DNA of 64,000 bases, from contig JAAILG010000069.1 of NCBI GenBank assembly GCA_012026655.1, positions 62,001-126,000 on the forward strand, read 5' to 3'. The DNA comes from Hydrolagus affinis. Its lineage: Eukaryota. The first letter of the stretch is position 1, and each line of letters opens with the position of its first letter. The notes beneath the pieces are model-generated. The model made no database searches. It saw nothing but the letters and a program-made list of their open reading frames with translations, and was not told the DNA's origin. Shown here in pieces: positions 26,935-40,621 of the stretch. A program made the position numbers and the translations under genes.

Positions 26935-28001
26935 AACAAGACGTCTCAAACCGTTTCACAGAGTAAAGTGAGCTGACTGTAAATTGACTGGAATGACCCC
27001 TGTTGCAGATTTCCTGACCATTTTGAATAGAGCATTCAATGGTAGCTTTATGTTTAAAATAGTCTGTCTCTTCCACTCCTACTTCAAATGGCATTTCCCA
27101 ACCCATAAGGCTCTGAATGAATGTTCCTTACACTCGCCTACTTGTCTTAATCTGGCTGGCAAGGCGAGAGCTGAGAAAACAATTTAAATTGTTAATACTG
27201 AAATTAATAATTAAATATTTCCTTCATCCAACTGATATCCCATTACTAATGTATAACTACAGGAATTAATTAGTTGTGTCTCGTTAAAAATATTAGAAAA
27301 CATATAAAACATACAATAAAGTGTTTTACTCTCCCATTCCGAAGACTTTTTTTTCGCATCAGATAGAGTACTTTATTGTGTTAAAATAAAGTACTGTACA
27401 GTACTATGAATTTTTCAAACCAAGAATCAATCCTTTTGGCGTCTGGTTCCATTCAGAAATATTTACAGCTCAGCCATGATGTCTAACAAGAGTTAAGTCA
27501 TCACGGTTAAGTCACCAGAGCTCAAAAAAAATCCTGACAAATGACATGTAACACTCATTGGCCCTAAAGAACATATCTCGCTTCCAATGTGATGTGTAAT
27601 GTGGCTGACCAGAGATGAAGAGATTAGCAAATGGGTGCATCATATTGTAATCAAATACCTCAAAAAGCATGTATCTGTTCATCAGTGATTCCTATCAGCA
27701 CCCGACTGGAGCCAACATTCGCATTTTTCTTTGCAATTTCTACCTTGTTCGGTTGTAATGGGAGCTTGCCTGAGTAACCTGACCTATGCATAGATGGTGT
27801 GATTGAATCAAGCTAAGAGCACAAACAACTATGGGGAGGGGTTCATTAAAATGCGGCTCGTGGCTGAAGCAAAACATTATCAGCAGTAACAAGAGAGAGT
27901 GTAGTGGGTTCGTGTGGAAAGAATTTTGACAAATAGTGACTGTCAGCATTAATTTTCAAGAGAATATAATATGCATATTTTCTGCTGGTGTCGCCAGTTC
28001 A

Positions 28002-28067
28002 AACAACAACAACAAAATTACGTGTATATAGCTCTTTTCATGTCGGGAGGACGTCCCAAGGCGCTGG
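28002..28067 (-). mobile_element. L2 LINE 3' end (type A)
   Basis: Reverse complement ccagcgccttgggacgtcctcccgacatgaaaagagctata...(ttg)n. Confidence 0.8.
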
Positions 28068-28088
28068 AACAGATCATATAGTGCAGAG

Positions 28089-28397
28089 AATAATAACAAT
28101 CCTTGCATTTGATAGAGCGCTTATTCACGTCTTCTAGACGTCTCAAAGCGCTTCACAGAATATACTGTTAAGTGAATTGACTGTACATTTATGGGTGAAA
28201 CGCGGCAGCCAATTGTGCACGGCAGTGTCCCCACAAACAGTCGTGTATTGAAATGACCAATTTATTATTGCTTTTTTGATGGATTATTATTAGGCGTGTG
28301 GAGGAAGGAAACTTGTCCAAGGATTCGCGCTGCCTGAAATTGAACCCATGTCTCCCGCTTGTAAGGCGAATGCCCTAACCACTGAGCTGCAGGACTC
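28089..28397 (-). mobile_element. Full-length SINE
   Basis: Complete head-core-tail on the minus strand. Confidence 0.95.
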
Positions 28398-28427
28398 AGA
28401 ATGATGGCTCTCAGTCTGTAGACGAAT

Positions 28428-28577
28428 GATCAGTGCAGATGCTTCCGATCAATATAGATACTGAAAATCAGCGCAAACACTGGTTATCAGTGTGGATCCT
28501 AGCTGATAAGGCACTGATTTTCACGACAGACGTGTGTTATCAGTACAAACAAAATATATCAATATAGATGTTAAAAC
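28428..28577. repeat. Degenerate ~19-bp minisatellite
   Basis: gatcagtgcagatgcttcc/gatcaatatagatactgaa/aatcagcgcaaacactggt/tatcagtgtggatcctagc... Confidence 0.55.
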
Positions 28578-29709
28578 AAGGGGATTCTGAAATTGCAACC
28601 GTTCCATAGTTGTATATCCCATTAGATACCTGATGCCAGTGCTTACTTTGCTATATCTTTGTTCGGGAGAATAGAATTATATTCTTATTATTGTGACCCA
28701 TAATAAAAATAAAATGACTGCAAGGCGAAAAACAATCACCTACAAATAAATAACTGCAGTGTAAAAAAAAAGTCAGGTACCCATCTTCTGAACCATTCTG
28801 ATATTAATTCATGACTACTACCACTTTGACACAGTTCTCGATTATCTCACTGTGGATCCGAGATCGGAGTGGAATAAATACGCACCAGCCTCCTGTCTGC
28901 CAGTAACAAACAATCACAGAAAAGCCCATATCGCTGCAGTTTGAATCACATGGTAAGATTTCACTGCAGTTTCAGAATCATTGATATCGTATTACTATGG
29001 TCTGAATTGCGTGCTATGCTCACAAGTACACTCCAAATGTTTTTCCCGCAGTTCGAGACAACTACAATCACACCTCCAAGTTTCTTCAGCGAGTATTTCT
29101 TGGGTGGACAAAATACAAAATTTGCATATTACAAAGAGCAGAACTAGTTTAAATGCAGCAATCCATTTTCAGGAATCCAATAAACAAATCAAACCCAGCT
29201 TGTGGTTTATGAGGTCTTCTGAAACCCACACTCCTAGGTGGCTATTAAAATATCAATGCTGGATCAGAACATGTAAGGGGAATGGAACAGTGCGGTAGAG
29301 TAGAACACTAGTGTCTTCTCTGAAACCTGAGTTATATCTAGCACCAGTTAATAGAATGAAAGCCTCCACTCTGGGAGCAGTAAGAATACTAAGTGAAATA
29401 GGTTTGGATGATGATCTCAGCCCAACCAATATTTAGTATCCATATTTACGCAGCAGAAAAAACTGCCTCTAATTAATATAATACTCATTGGATTGGCAAT
29501 CCTATGATAAGAAGCCACTAGCTGGCGTGACATTCACTCTTGGTGCACTACGGTTCATATTCCAGCCTGAGAATCATCCAGGGCCAGATTCAACACTACC
29601 AACACTATATCAATGTGGTGAAATGCAGTATTACTGTACTGTCAAGCATAAACTAAATTAGACAATGTTTTGTTCAGTAATGTTTGTAATACAACTCACA
29701 TAAAGATGT

Positions 29710-29770
29710 AGTGTCTTGGGACATCCTCCCGACGTGAAAGGCGCTATACAAATGTAATTTTGTTGTTGAT
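29710..29770 (+). mobile_element. L2 LINE 3' end (type A)
   Basis: cttgggacatcctcccgacgtgaaaggcgctatacaaatgtaattt(tgt)n. Confidence 0.8.
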
Positions 29771-31850
29771 GTATAGTATATTATTCACCACTCTGTTTCC
29801 ACAAAAATACGAGTTCTAAAAGTGCATTTAACTGCCTAAAACTTGATAGCACCAATCTCCCAAGATATGTTTGGGATGTTCACTTCATTCCAACACTGAG
29901 CAATTTGCTTCTTCGTTCAGTGATACAATCAAACATGAACCGTATGGAGTACTCACTGCCTGTTTTAATTCTTGACCAATTTGAATTGTTTTGCCTTATC
30001 CTGTTTAGATCCTGAATTCTGTTGAAAAACTGCTTCATTTCAAACTGATATGTGGTAACTTGACCTGCCCCCTGGGCTTCCCCGTGAACAACAACAAAAA
30101 TTCAAATCAAATTAAGGCACAAGTGCGGCCATCTGAATCAATCGGATTTGAGGAGAAGGGTTTTAATAAAAAATGCTAAGAAAGACAGAGAAGCATTTCC
30201 CCACATAGCGTTCAGGAATTCTGGTTAGCAACTGATGTCTCATTTGAAACAGGCAGCAGCCGATACATTTAAAAAGCTATCAGTGGTTTTGTATTTATGG
30301 ACACTGTAAGTGTTTTTGATGGATACTACCTGTTAAAGGCAGACTGGTCGGCAATCTGTTTCATTCTTGAAGAGACGCAGTTAGAAATGTTTTTAACACT
30401 GCACACCCCAAAGCCAGATTAATACAATATCATGTTCGAAATGCACTTCAACCTTCTTCCCTCGTAGTCATAGCACGTTACGGCACTGAAGGATACCATT
30501 CAGACCACTGTGCACACACACAGCCATGGGCTACCCTTGGTAGTCAACAGAGGTCTCTTCCCAAACCCCATATAAATATCCTGCCTTTATTCAGGACTTA
30601 AATAAACAAAAGGCAAACTCGAGCAGCAATATTAATTGATTTGAATCATGAAGAATTATGATTTCTTGCTGTGATACTCCACTCGCTGCTGAGTCCTTGA
30701 TCTTATTCAACCTTGAGGAGATGTAGAACCTGGGCCGTACATTTGCTCACCAGGAGAAAGGGAACATCAGACACAGTGCTCAGCGAGCTTCTTTCCTGCA
30801 CTTCCCAGTGGTCAATGGCACAATAACAGCCTGAGGCATTGTGTGGTCCTGCTTGTGGTCCAACTGTCTTGCAAAGGTCTACATCATGGGAAATGTGTGG
30901 ATTTGCCCCACTAATCAACAACAACTTTAATTACCCCTTCACGTGGGGAAGTGCTTGAATCATTTCCAGCGGCAAAGTACTTCCCGATCCCCAAAGGCAA
31001 TTGAGCAAAAATCCTAAAATACCCTAAAACCCCAAACCCCACATCCACCTGTTTGCTATTCAAATCTAATATCACAGACAATATTCCCCTTCCATTCCAG
31101 CAGCACTGTATGCAGAGATTATTTGCTCAGTTACATGCACCCTTCTTAAGCAGACACTTATCTGATTCCCTTTTGAAGGAGTTAATTGACGCAGTATATG
31201 AGCTGTTGTTGTGTCTGCTGCTAATATCCATTAGTTTGTGATGGGAACACAATGTTCTGATCACCACTTCCGCTGAAGGATTATGCCTTGTAGACCTACT
31301 CACAATTTTTTTTGAATGCTGTAATGTACTGTACGTAATACATTCAGGCCCTAATTATGCCCTCCCCTAATTATTTTATCTAATGAAAATAAGCTCTTAG
31401 ACCTCTCGGCCTACTTGTTGTTCTTTGCAGACACACGACAACAGAAGCTTATGCCGTGTCAATTAACTCTTTCACCATCTTGAGGCCTCCTCCCGATGTG
31501 AGTGGTGCTATATAAAAGCAATTTCTTGTTGTTGCTTCTGAATTCTCTTCAGTATTTAATCGTCCTTTTAATGGTATAGTGCCCATAAATACACAAGCCT
31601 GCGTCTCCATACAAAGCACTGGTGAAGGCCACCCGGTTCAGGTTTTCGTAACCCCATTTGAGTGTTTTCTGAAGGCTCATTTACAAGACAGTGGAATATA
31701 ATCTCAGCCATGCTACATAGGCAGGGAGCTTGAACAATTTGAGAGAGAATTTTTCTCTTGAGCACTTCCTGGGAGCTAGCTCATGAGTCCCATTGTCACA
31801 TACCTTAGAAATAGGTTGCTTACTTTCTCTCTCTCAGCCAAGGAACAGTA

Positions 31851-31921
31851 ACAACAACAACAACAACACAATTACACTTGTAAAGCACCTTTCACATCAG
31901 AAGGATGCCCCAAGGCACTGG
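31851..31921 (-). mobile_element. L2 LINE 3' end (type A)
   Basis: (AAC)n plus cctttcacatcagaaggatgccccaaggcactgg. Confidence 0.75.
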
Positions 31922-33938
31922 AAGAAGCATGTAAGAAGTAAGAAGCATGGGGAGAGAGCACAATACATTAAAACAAAGGAGTAAATCTGTACTAAAATCA
32001 CTCACTTCTCTGCTTGTTAAAGTGATGAAGACAGTTGAAATACGGAACTGAATTTGGACTTATTTTGACACAAGTTTTTTTTTGCAGTTTATAGCACTTC
32101 AGGTTCATTTACTGATCAAATTTCTCGTACTTGTTGCGTTTATCATTTGGGAAAGCTGTTCTCGGTAAAGGAGCAAGTGATTAACGTGTGCTTCTTAAGA
32201 CTTGCTTGACAATATTTTGTGTATGTGTGCATTTGGGTGCATGCAGGGGTCCCTGATCAAATTTGAGCCCAATTTTATTTTCTTTCCTTCGGCCCTAAGG
32301 TGCAGTCACCCGGCAAACAACCTCCCTCTCACCCCATTCAGGCAGAGGTTAATTTGGTTAGGACTATAGCATTAGCCATTTGAAGAATAACCTACTGGCA
32401 AGGCCACACTGCCTGACAAAATATTAAGGACTTGCCACCGTCTATCAGAGATGATTAGGTGGCATTAATTGGTTTAGTTAGTGCTGTTTGCACAGACCTC
32501 TGAGGCAGGTTGCTAACTCTGTTACTGTAGTTGTTAGAGGTTTGACCCTAAGATATTGGTCCCAGTGTGAATTCACCCTTTGGTGAAACTTTGCCTTTTT
32601 GACCTCTGCAAAGTACAACACACACTGTGTTGTGTAACAGGAAAATAAATCTTTGTGTTTTATTTACACCTTCACAATACATTTCCAAAACCCGGTACGA
32701 AGACACACGCTTTGTGACATGCTTTAAACTGCAATCGTTGCTGAAATTGTTCATCGACTAAGAAAGGGAGTTGAATGCTTTCATATTATTGACAAATCTG
32801 TATCTATACTGCAAGTAGCTATCTCCAAAATAGTCAGACCAGGACATTACATTTGGGATTTGAATTGTGTCTTAGTGAACATTTCTGAACAGAATTAGAA
32901 TTCTGGCCACTTGGTCTGTCATTTCAAATTTCATTTCTGTTTGAAAACTATTTTGTTCCACAGTTAGACCCTAAAGACAGTTTAAAGGATTTATTTCATT
33001 TTTATGGATGAGTCAGTGAACAAGATGCTGAGGTGACCAGCAATAATGAATAATGAAGCCCCCATTTGTCTCAGGCTTTTCCTCTGCTTCATGCATCAGC
33101 AATCACCGATGAGGTAAAAGTTTCCCATATACACACAACTTCTCATTTGCTATCAGCTAATTTGTCACAAGGTACTTGTTTTCTTATGAGGTCACAGGTT
33201 CATCTGATAGCAAACTGCGCTTTCAAAATGTAGTAATGGTTCGAAATTGTAATAATGGCTTTTGGTAAGTCCCAAGAAACAAACTTCGGTATTTCTGATT
33301 TATTCCCCACCCTTATATTTTATTTATTTTCCCCCCGTTATTTTCAGTCTCCCTACACTATGCATCATTTCCTGACAGGAAGGTCAGGGAGGTGACTTGC
33401 TCCCAGGCCTCTCTCAACATCGGATGATCTGATTTCTGGGCACTACAGAGAGGCTGAGAGAGGCACGCATTGACTCAGCTATCAACTCTGCCCTTCCTAC
33501 ACTATGGGAAAGAATTTATCCTCCACTCTAGCCACTCTGTCAGGCAGCTCAGCTGAGGTTTGGAACTCACTATGCAGAGATTCAGGGCCACAAACGCCTA
33601 TATCCTTCCAATTTGTAGGAAGATATGTTCAAATGGCTGTTACAGGTATTAGGGAGATTAAAAAGAACAGTGACTAAAATATCTGTTACCTGTAATTTTT
33701 ATGTAAACCACTTCTGCAGCATCTGTTACAAGCCAAGTGCTGTTAGTTAAAGGAAACAAAAGCAAATTCGAATTCTCAAGCATAAAGAACATTTTTTGTT
33801 CTTTTTTACCGTTGAAAAAAACAGATCACTGCTTTATAATACAGTATGTAGAATAAAGTGAATAATCCACCCTCCAAATGCAAAATTAATCTCACTTCTA
33901 TATGTTCATTATACTGTATATATAGAAAAGGGAAGATA

Positions 33939-34172
33939 TTGCATTTTCAGTGCTTTGCATCAAAATGTCTCAAAGCATTTTGTAGCAATTACTTTTGTGT
34001 GTTGGAGACAAACATGGCAGCCATTTTGTGCACATTGAGGTCCCACAAACAGCCATGAGATAATAAACCAATTTTTAACTGAAACTCCCTTCTCTTTTTG
34101 AAGAAATCTTCAATGCCTGTTTGAACAGGCAGATGGGACCCTGGTTTAACATCTCATCTGAAGGACAACACC
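33939..34172 (-). mobile_element. Older DeuSINE (SacSINE1/AmnSINE1-like Deu domain)
   Basis: Reverse complement ggtgttgtccttcagatgagatgttaaaccagggtccc...gctgtttgtgggacc...aaatggctgcc matches the recalled Deu-domain consensus. Confidence 0.7.
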
Positions 34173-35737
34173 TTGGATTCTGTCAATAAACCCAAATGCT
34201 CCACATCCAACTGTGTGTCCACGCACATCTGTCTTTATAACCTGGTATTTAACTGGGTCCTACAGTATTTTGTTACTCTCCAGTAAAATAACCAAGTCTG
34301 CAATTATTGGAAACATATCACATAATGGCAGTGTGTTCTAAGCATGTTAATTGGCATGCTGTAGCATGGCTCTAGGTCTGATCACATTTTAATAATATTG
34401 ATAAGCTTCCTTATTTTAATGAACTGTACTACAATTTTTTTGAAATGCTTATTTTTAAACACTTTTCTCTTGAATCCCAATTATCAGATTCATCATTCCA
34501 AAAGTATAATCTCGTAAAGTTTACCACTGGTCTCATGTTCTTAGGATAATGATTGGCAGAGCAAAAGTACAATGAAACAGATGTCATTAAGTGTGGCAAA
34601 CTAAAATCGATCTTTACTCATGGTACTAACCATGACGTATGTCGGCTATCAAAATAAAGGTCGTGGTATATGTAATCTGTAATAATACATGAATCCACCT
34701 TGTAATTTTTTCGGACTGAGATTGAAATCAGGTTGAAGGGAAGCATTTTGTTTCAGTTTTTTTTCTTTCTTTCAGACACACCTGCAGCTTCCACACGGGA
34801 GTATTAGTTCCACTAGCCTAGTGCAGCTCAGACGCACCGCTATATTAACTTATCTCTGTCTCCTGGCAATGTTTCATGTAAGGTTTTCATTAGCAATCCG
34901 GTCTGAGCACCAATTCTATTCTTGGCACTCAGACAATATTAATGTACACAAATAACAAATCAGCCATTCTTGGACGTGAACAGAGGGGCTGGAAGTTATA
35001 CCACAACAGCTGGAACTAGATTAGTGGCTTTGCATTGTAAAAAAAACACAGACTGTGACACTAAAATAACACAAAACATTAGCAACTCTAGTAGCTTGAT
35101 AGCACAAGCAGCCGAGTGCCTGCCTCTCCTGCCAGATGGTCACAAACACAGAGACCCAGGGCTGCCTGCTCTAGTGTCTCATCGCATCAGCGATGCTAGA
35201 GGAAATGGGGAAGGGAGGAACATTTAGTTCTCATGCTGGTCATGGTGCCGAGATGTACAATCAAAGCAGTGAGAAGGATAGAAGTCATCATCGTTTGGTC
35301 CCTTTGAAAACCATAAAGAGTGACACACCGGCACTCAGGGGGTAGCATGGGGGGAAAGTTGGTGAGCCGGAAGTGTTCTATTCTCCCAAATCAAACTAAA
35401 GTGGATTGAAGGAGATGGCCAACCCAGACAGGGAAATACAGTGAGAATTCATCATTCTATGCCACCTACAATATATCCCTCCACACCATTTTCAAATTCC
35501 ATTTAAATACCATTCCCAATTCCACCTACACCTCTGACATAGTTTCCTAGACTAGCTCCACTTTTCCCCACCTCAGCTATACACCCCCACAACAGTCATT
35601 TCAATATACCACTGTTACAACTGTCCAGTATCCAGGCTTTTGATATATATGCCTTTCCTAGCTGTTCCCTGAATCATTTCCAATCTCAATGTAACGGTTA
35701 GTGAACAAAGCGTAATCTGATATGCAAGGCGGGGTCT

Positions 35738-35870
35738 ACATAGAAACAGGAGAAGGTCATTTAGCCCTTGAGCCTATTTCACCATTCTATAACATCACGG
35801 CTGATTTGTATCTCAACTCCAATTACCTGCCCTTGCCCCACATCCATTGATACCCTGCCCTAAAAAACAT
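35738..35870 (-). mobile_element. CR1 3' UTR fragment
   Basis: aggagaaggtcatttagcccttgagcct...ccattc...catcacggctgat. Confidence 0.7.
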
Positions 35871-37674
35871 TTGGAGTCTGAGTGAACACCAAAGATGATT
35901 TAACAGCAATTGGGACAGTAAAGTAGGAGAATCGGCTGTCATTCATGGGCTGAGAATTGGAAGCGAGTGCTGTACATTCTGTGTAGTTACATGAAGGATC
36001 TTGTAACTCCGACCCAAGAATAACTGTTCTTTTGTTTAATTATGGCTAGGTAGAGATTTTAATGAAGCTTAAAGCTCATGGAAGTACGGCAAATTAATCA
36101 GCTGGATCAAATACTAATTTCAAAAGGTGATGGTACATGGAAACAGCTCTATCTGGAGAGAGAGGCTGGTACAGTTCTGGATCCCTGCTGTTCAGAGTCG
36201 TAAATGATTTGGAGCGAATCACTTCTTGGTTGATAGTCAGAAACCCGATTTGTTATATTAATTACCACTTCTGGTTCGCTAAATCCAGTCTCTGGGACTG
36301 TGGTTCTCTTTGTCGGCTGGCAAATCGTGAATGCCAAGGCAGCGAATTCTCAACAAAGGAAAATACCAAATTCAAACAGCCTCCCAGGTGTCAAGTAGCA
36401 TGGTCTGGGTGTGTAGTTTTGTGGCTGTTACTTTTACCCTTTGACATCCCACCTGGAACCTTAGGAGGGGCTTCCAGTCCTGACTTATACAGACTGTTGC
36501 AGCTCATCAACAATAGGAGCTGATAAATCCTTCAGTGACTTCAACTGACAATCCAGCTCGACCCACTACAAAAGCTACATTGGTAATTGCAAATAAAATA
36601 CTTCTGATCTGATGAGACTAACTGGGCTACCCAACCACCCACAGCTCTAGAAATTAGTTTCATAAGGATAAGCAATCATTTCTGGTTCTTAAAGAGCACG
36701 GCTCAGCAAAATACCCTGAGAGAGAGAGAGAGAGATCTAGAGTGTGCCCTTTCTGATGATGAATAGGAATCCATTTGCGAAACAGCATACACGATCACAA
36801 CCTGTAATAAATTAATAGAAGGGCAAACCTAGCTCAACCAACAAACACATAAAAGATTGGCCCAGCTGCACTAGTGGAACCCTGGGGTCACTGCAGAGTG
36901 CTGTGGGCCACAGTGGTTAAACCAGAAACATCTAAACATTAGTTTGGGGGGCAAAACAGCTGTAGACCCAGCAATATAGATATTGCTCATGAAAACCAGT
37001 CCCTAGGGCTGAGCATTGTGAAACCTGCAGCTTGGGTTCTGTGCACCATAAGTGTAATGTATGCTACATATGACATGCTTTAACCAAAGAGTGATCGCAA
37101 TGAAGGAGAAAAAAGCTTGCTTGAAGGCCACCATTGAAGCAATCAATAGGGAGAGTGTGACCATAGCCACCACAGTAGCAATTGTGAAACTTTGGACGAT
37201 CCTTCGAATATATCTGGCAGATCTCAAGGTATGAAATCTGGCCAGCTCAGTATTAAAAAAAATCAGCATAAATCGCTCTCACAGCAGTACAATGCATATG
37301 TCCATGTATCAAGTGGGAGTGGGGGATATTTTACTATGGTCGGACATTCTAAAATATGGCCTCAAGTCATATCTCCACAAGATTGGGTGTGTAAAAAAAA
37401 TCTACTGTAAGCCCCAGAGGATTTACTGAGGCTTTCAGTGTCTACTTGAGTAAATGACCTCATAAAAATGACAGGAATATGCACATACAAATCCCCGTTA
37501 AAATTTTTTTATTGCTAATCACCTGATCAGTTTCTGCAGTGTTCATCTCCAAAATAGAATGTGTGTATGCATGTGTTTTGTAAGACCTGGGAGATTTGAT
37601 GTGAATGAAGCCATTGGTTGCTGGTGGCCAGCTGTCAGACTTGGCTCAGCTTTCCTTAATCACTGGAATGTTGG

Positions 37675-38003
37675 CGGGTGGTTAGGTGGATGCTACTGAA
37701 GGACTGAAAACATTGACATTGTTCACCTGGGTTTGATTCCCGGGTGGGGCGAAACGTTGGGTAAGTTTCCTTACTCCAAGCTCCACAGTTTATATATCAG
37801 TAAGTAGGAACCTGGTTATTAGCTGATTGGCAGATTGTTTCTCTGGGGTAATAAACTCTTCAAAATAATAATTTGGTCACTCAATCCACAACTGTGTGTG
37901 GGACACTGCTGTGCGCAACTAGCTGCCACATTCCACCCATAAAATATAGTTAATTCACTTTACAGTGTACGCTGTGAAGCGCTTGAGATGTCTTGAAGAC
38001 GTG
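37675..38003 (+). mobile_element. Diverged SINE with an extra ~75-nt internal segment
   Basis: B-box gggtttgattccc and gtttccttactcca, extra segment, then normal core and partial tail. Confidence 0.8.
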
Positions 38004-38036
38004 ATTATATTGGGATAATATAAAATAAATGAATGT

Positions 38037-38379
38037 GGAGCTCCTGTGGCTTAGTGATTAGAGCACTTGTCTTGCAAGCTGGGAAGACCAAGTTGGGAAG
38101 ACCAAGCTGGGGAGACCTGTGTTTGAATCCAGGCAGCTCAGGGCGAAACCTTGGGCAAGTTTCCTTACTCCACACGCCTAATAACAATCCGTCCAAAAAA
38201 ACCACAATAATAAAATTGGTCATTTTCAATCCACGACTGTTTGTGGGACACTGCTGTGCGCAATGGCGATTCGCCCACAAATATATACAGTCAATTCACT
38301 TTGCAGTATATTCTGTGAAGCGCTTTGGGACATCGATAAGATGTGAAAAGCCGCTGTATCAAATGCAAGGATTATTATT
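38037..38379 (+). mobile_element. Full-length SINE with a 14-bp triplication in the head
   Basis: Head-core-tail; caagctgggaagac x3 at 38075-38116. Confidence 0.95.
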
Positions 38380-39031
38380 GTCATACTGAATGAAAGGTTC
38401 ATTATTATTATTATTTTCACCAAATGCAAACAGAAAACCTATAGGTTTGTTCAGGGTAAGCACAACAGCCTTTAGAACCCAAACTGGTATCAGTGGTTTA
38501 TGCGGAGAAGTCTAGTGGTCACAAATTAACTGTCCACCCACACACTAATCAATGTGAGAACGACATTTAAAATGGTCTCAGGTTTTCATTAATGAGTTGC
38601 AGCAGTACAAAATAACAAGTTAATAGAAATCACACATTATGCTACACTGATAGCTTTGAGATCCTGTGGGATTCCTATACTCTTATTGTAGCTGATTGTC
38701 CAGTATCGCTGTGTTTGTTTCTAATCCAAGCTATTATTTGTTTCTAAAATATGCATAAAAGGATAATACATGAACTGAATAAATCCGGGTCTCATTTATG
38801 GTATTTCTTGGTAGGATTTATTTCTCAATAAGGATTCAGAGTTCACAAATGAAGACTCCTCCCAATCCACAAGTGGCTGAAGTGAGTTCCCACATGTTGC
38901 ATGCAAGTTTCTTTAATAAGGAATCCCATTAGGAAATACAGCAAATTAGACTCCAATGTGGATAGAAACAGAAATCATCACCTCAACAAAAGATATTTAC
39001 ATCCACATAATGGGATAATATAAAATAAATG

Positions 39032-39208
39032 AATAATAACTTGGTCACTCCATCCACGACTGTTTGTGGGATAGCACTGTTTGCAATTGGCTGCCCCATT
39101 TCGCCTACAAAAAAAAGTCAATTCACTTTACGGTATATTCTGTGAAGTGCTTTGAGACATCTCAAAGAAGTGAAAAGTGCTACATCAAATGAAAGATTAT
39201 TATTATTT
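39032..39208 (+). mobile_element. SINE 3' half
   Basis: Core and tail. Confidence 0.9.
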
Positions 39209-39240
39209 CTTATAATATATAAATGCAATCACACATCCAT

Positions 39241-39437
39241 GATAATAATCCCTCCAAAAAGATCATAAATAAAATAAAATTGGTCATTTCAATCCACGAC
39301 AGTTTGTGGGACACTGCTGTGCACAATTGGCTGCCGCGTTAAGCCCACAAATATACAGTCAATTCACTTTACAGTACATTCTGTGAAGCACTTTGAGATG
39401 TGAAAAGTGCTATATCAAATGGAAGGATTATTATTAT
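39241..39437 (+). mobile_element. SINE 3' two-thirds
   Basis: Core and tail with the inner loop deleted. Confidence 0.9.
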
Positions 39438-39587
39438 GAATATGTACAGATATTGGTAAACTGTTTTAATTCCTTTTCCAATAAACATGCTTGGCATTGG
39501 TATACAATATTGTGCAGACAAATCAGATCAAATGAAATTACTCCATTTGGTTTGCTACCAGTTTCAGTATGGATCATTTTGCATATA

Positions 39588-39690
39588 AAATATACATTCA
39601 GTTCAGTTTACAATAATATCCTGTGAAGCGCTTTAATCATCACAATAATAATCCTTGCGTTTGATATAGCGCTTTTCACATCTTATTGAC
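39588..39690. mobile_element. SINE 3' fragment with inverted terminus
   Basis: Plus strand to ...gtgaagcgcttt (39634), then terminal part on the minus strand (39644-39690). Confidence 0.75.
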
Positions 39691-40621
39691 ATTATTGTTT
39701 TTATTTTGAAGCAAAAGGGATTTTGAAAGTGTCGTATAGTATACAAAATCAGTCTAATACAAGTCCTCCGTGCCACAATGATATCATCGTAGGAGACACA
39801 ATTGTTGTGACAATATCACTATAAGGCCAACATGGTGATGTAGTGTGGAAAGCCTCCCTACTCTTACAACAGCTTTCATTGTAATGGAACAAGTGGTACG
39901 CATTCTCTCTGGATAGTTAACAATAAGACTAACGCTCCACTTGTACCGCTGGATATGATGGGATATCGCCTCCAGTTTGGAAAGGACGAACAGTGGATTT
40001 AAGCTGCCTCGCCACACCAAACAATCCTGCATCAACTCAACAGATTATGTGTTAGTGGTTGAATCAGACATTGAGACAGGCAGGCAGGCACCCAGGTCTA
40101 GTAAGGTGACAATTTATGATAGGATCCTTCAGATAGGAAACCAGAAATATTTTGTCCCTACTCAAAGGAACTCTCTGACAATATTCAAGCCATTACAATT
40201 ACCCTTTAAGATCATTCAAAAAATTCAGAATTTACTCCTGTTTTTCAAAATGTATTTTTACAAGATTTATTTACATTGTATCTAGCTCAAATGCCACTGG
40301 ATTGCGTACTACCCCCTGCATGGAATTTATTCTCAACTCCAGACCAAGTGGAACAGGTCACTATGCTGTAATACCTTGATAATCAGCTTCATGCTTTTTC
40401 TAATGAGTACAAATCCATTTATTGAAGCAGTAAAAGGTGACCAACTGCTTATACATCTAAGGCAGGACTATCAGGCGGGAGCAAAGTGCATCTTCTCTCT
40501 TTACCATTACAAAAAGACTATAAGTCCCACTGCAGACCTCTGAATATTAATTGAGCAATGATGAAATTGTGTTCGCGGGCAATTGACATTCGTTTAAAGA
40601 ATCTCTTTTCTGATATTTTAC

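Noticed and set aside
28428-28577. CRISPR-like periodicity
   Set aside because: Degenerate tandem units without unique spacers, in a vertebrate context.
29515-29530. CTCF-like motif gccactagctggcg (also ~46472)
   Set aside because: Mismatches at core positions; cannot be supported from sequence alone.
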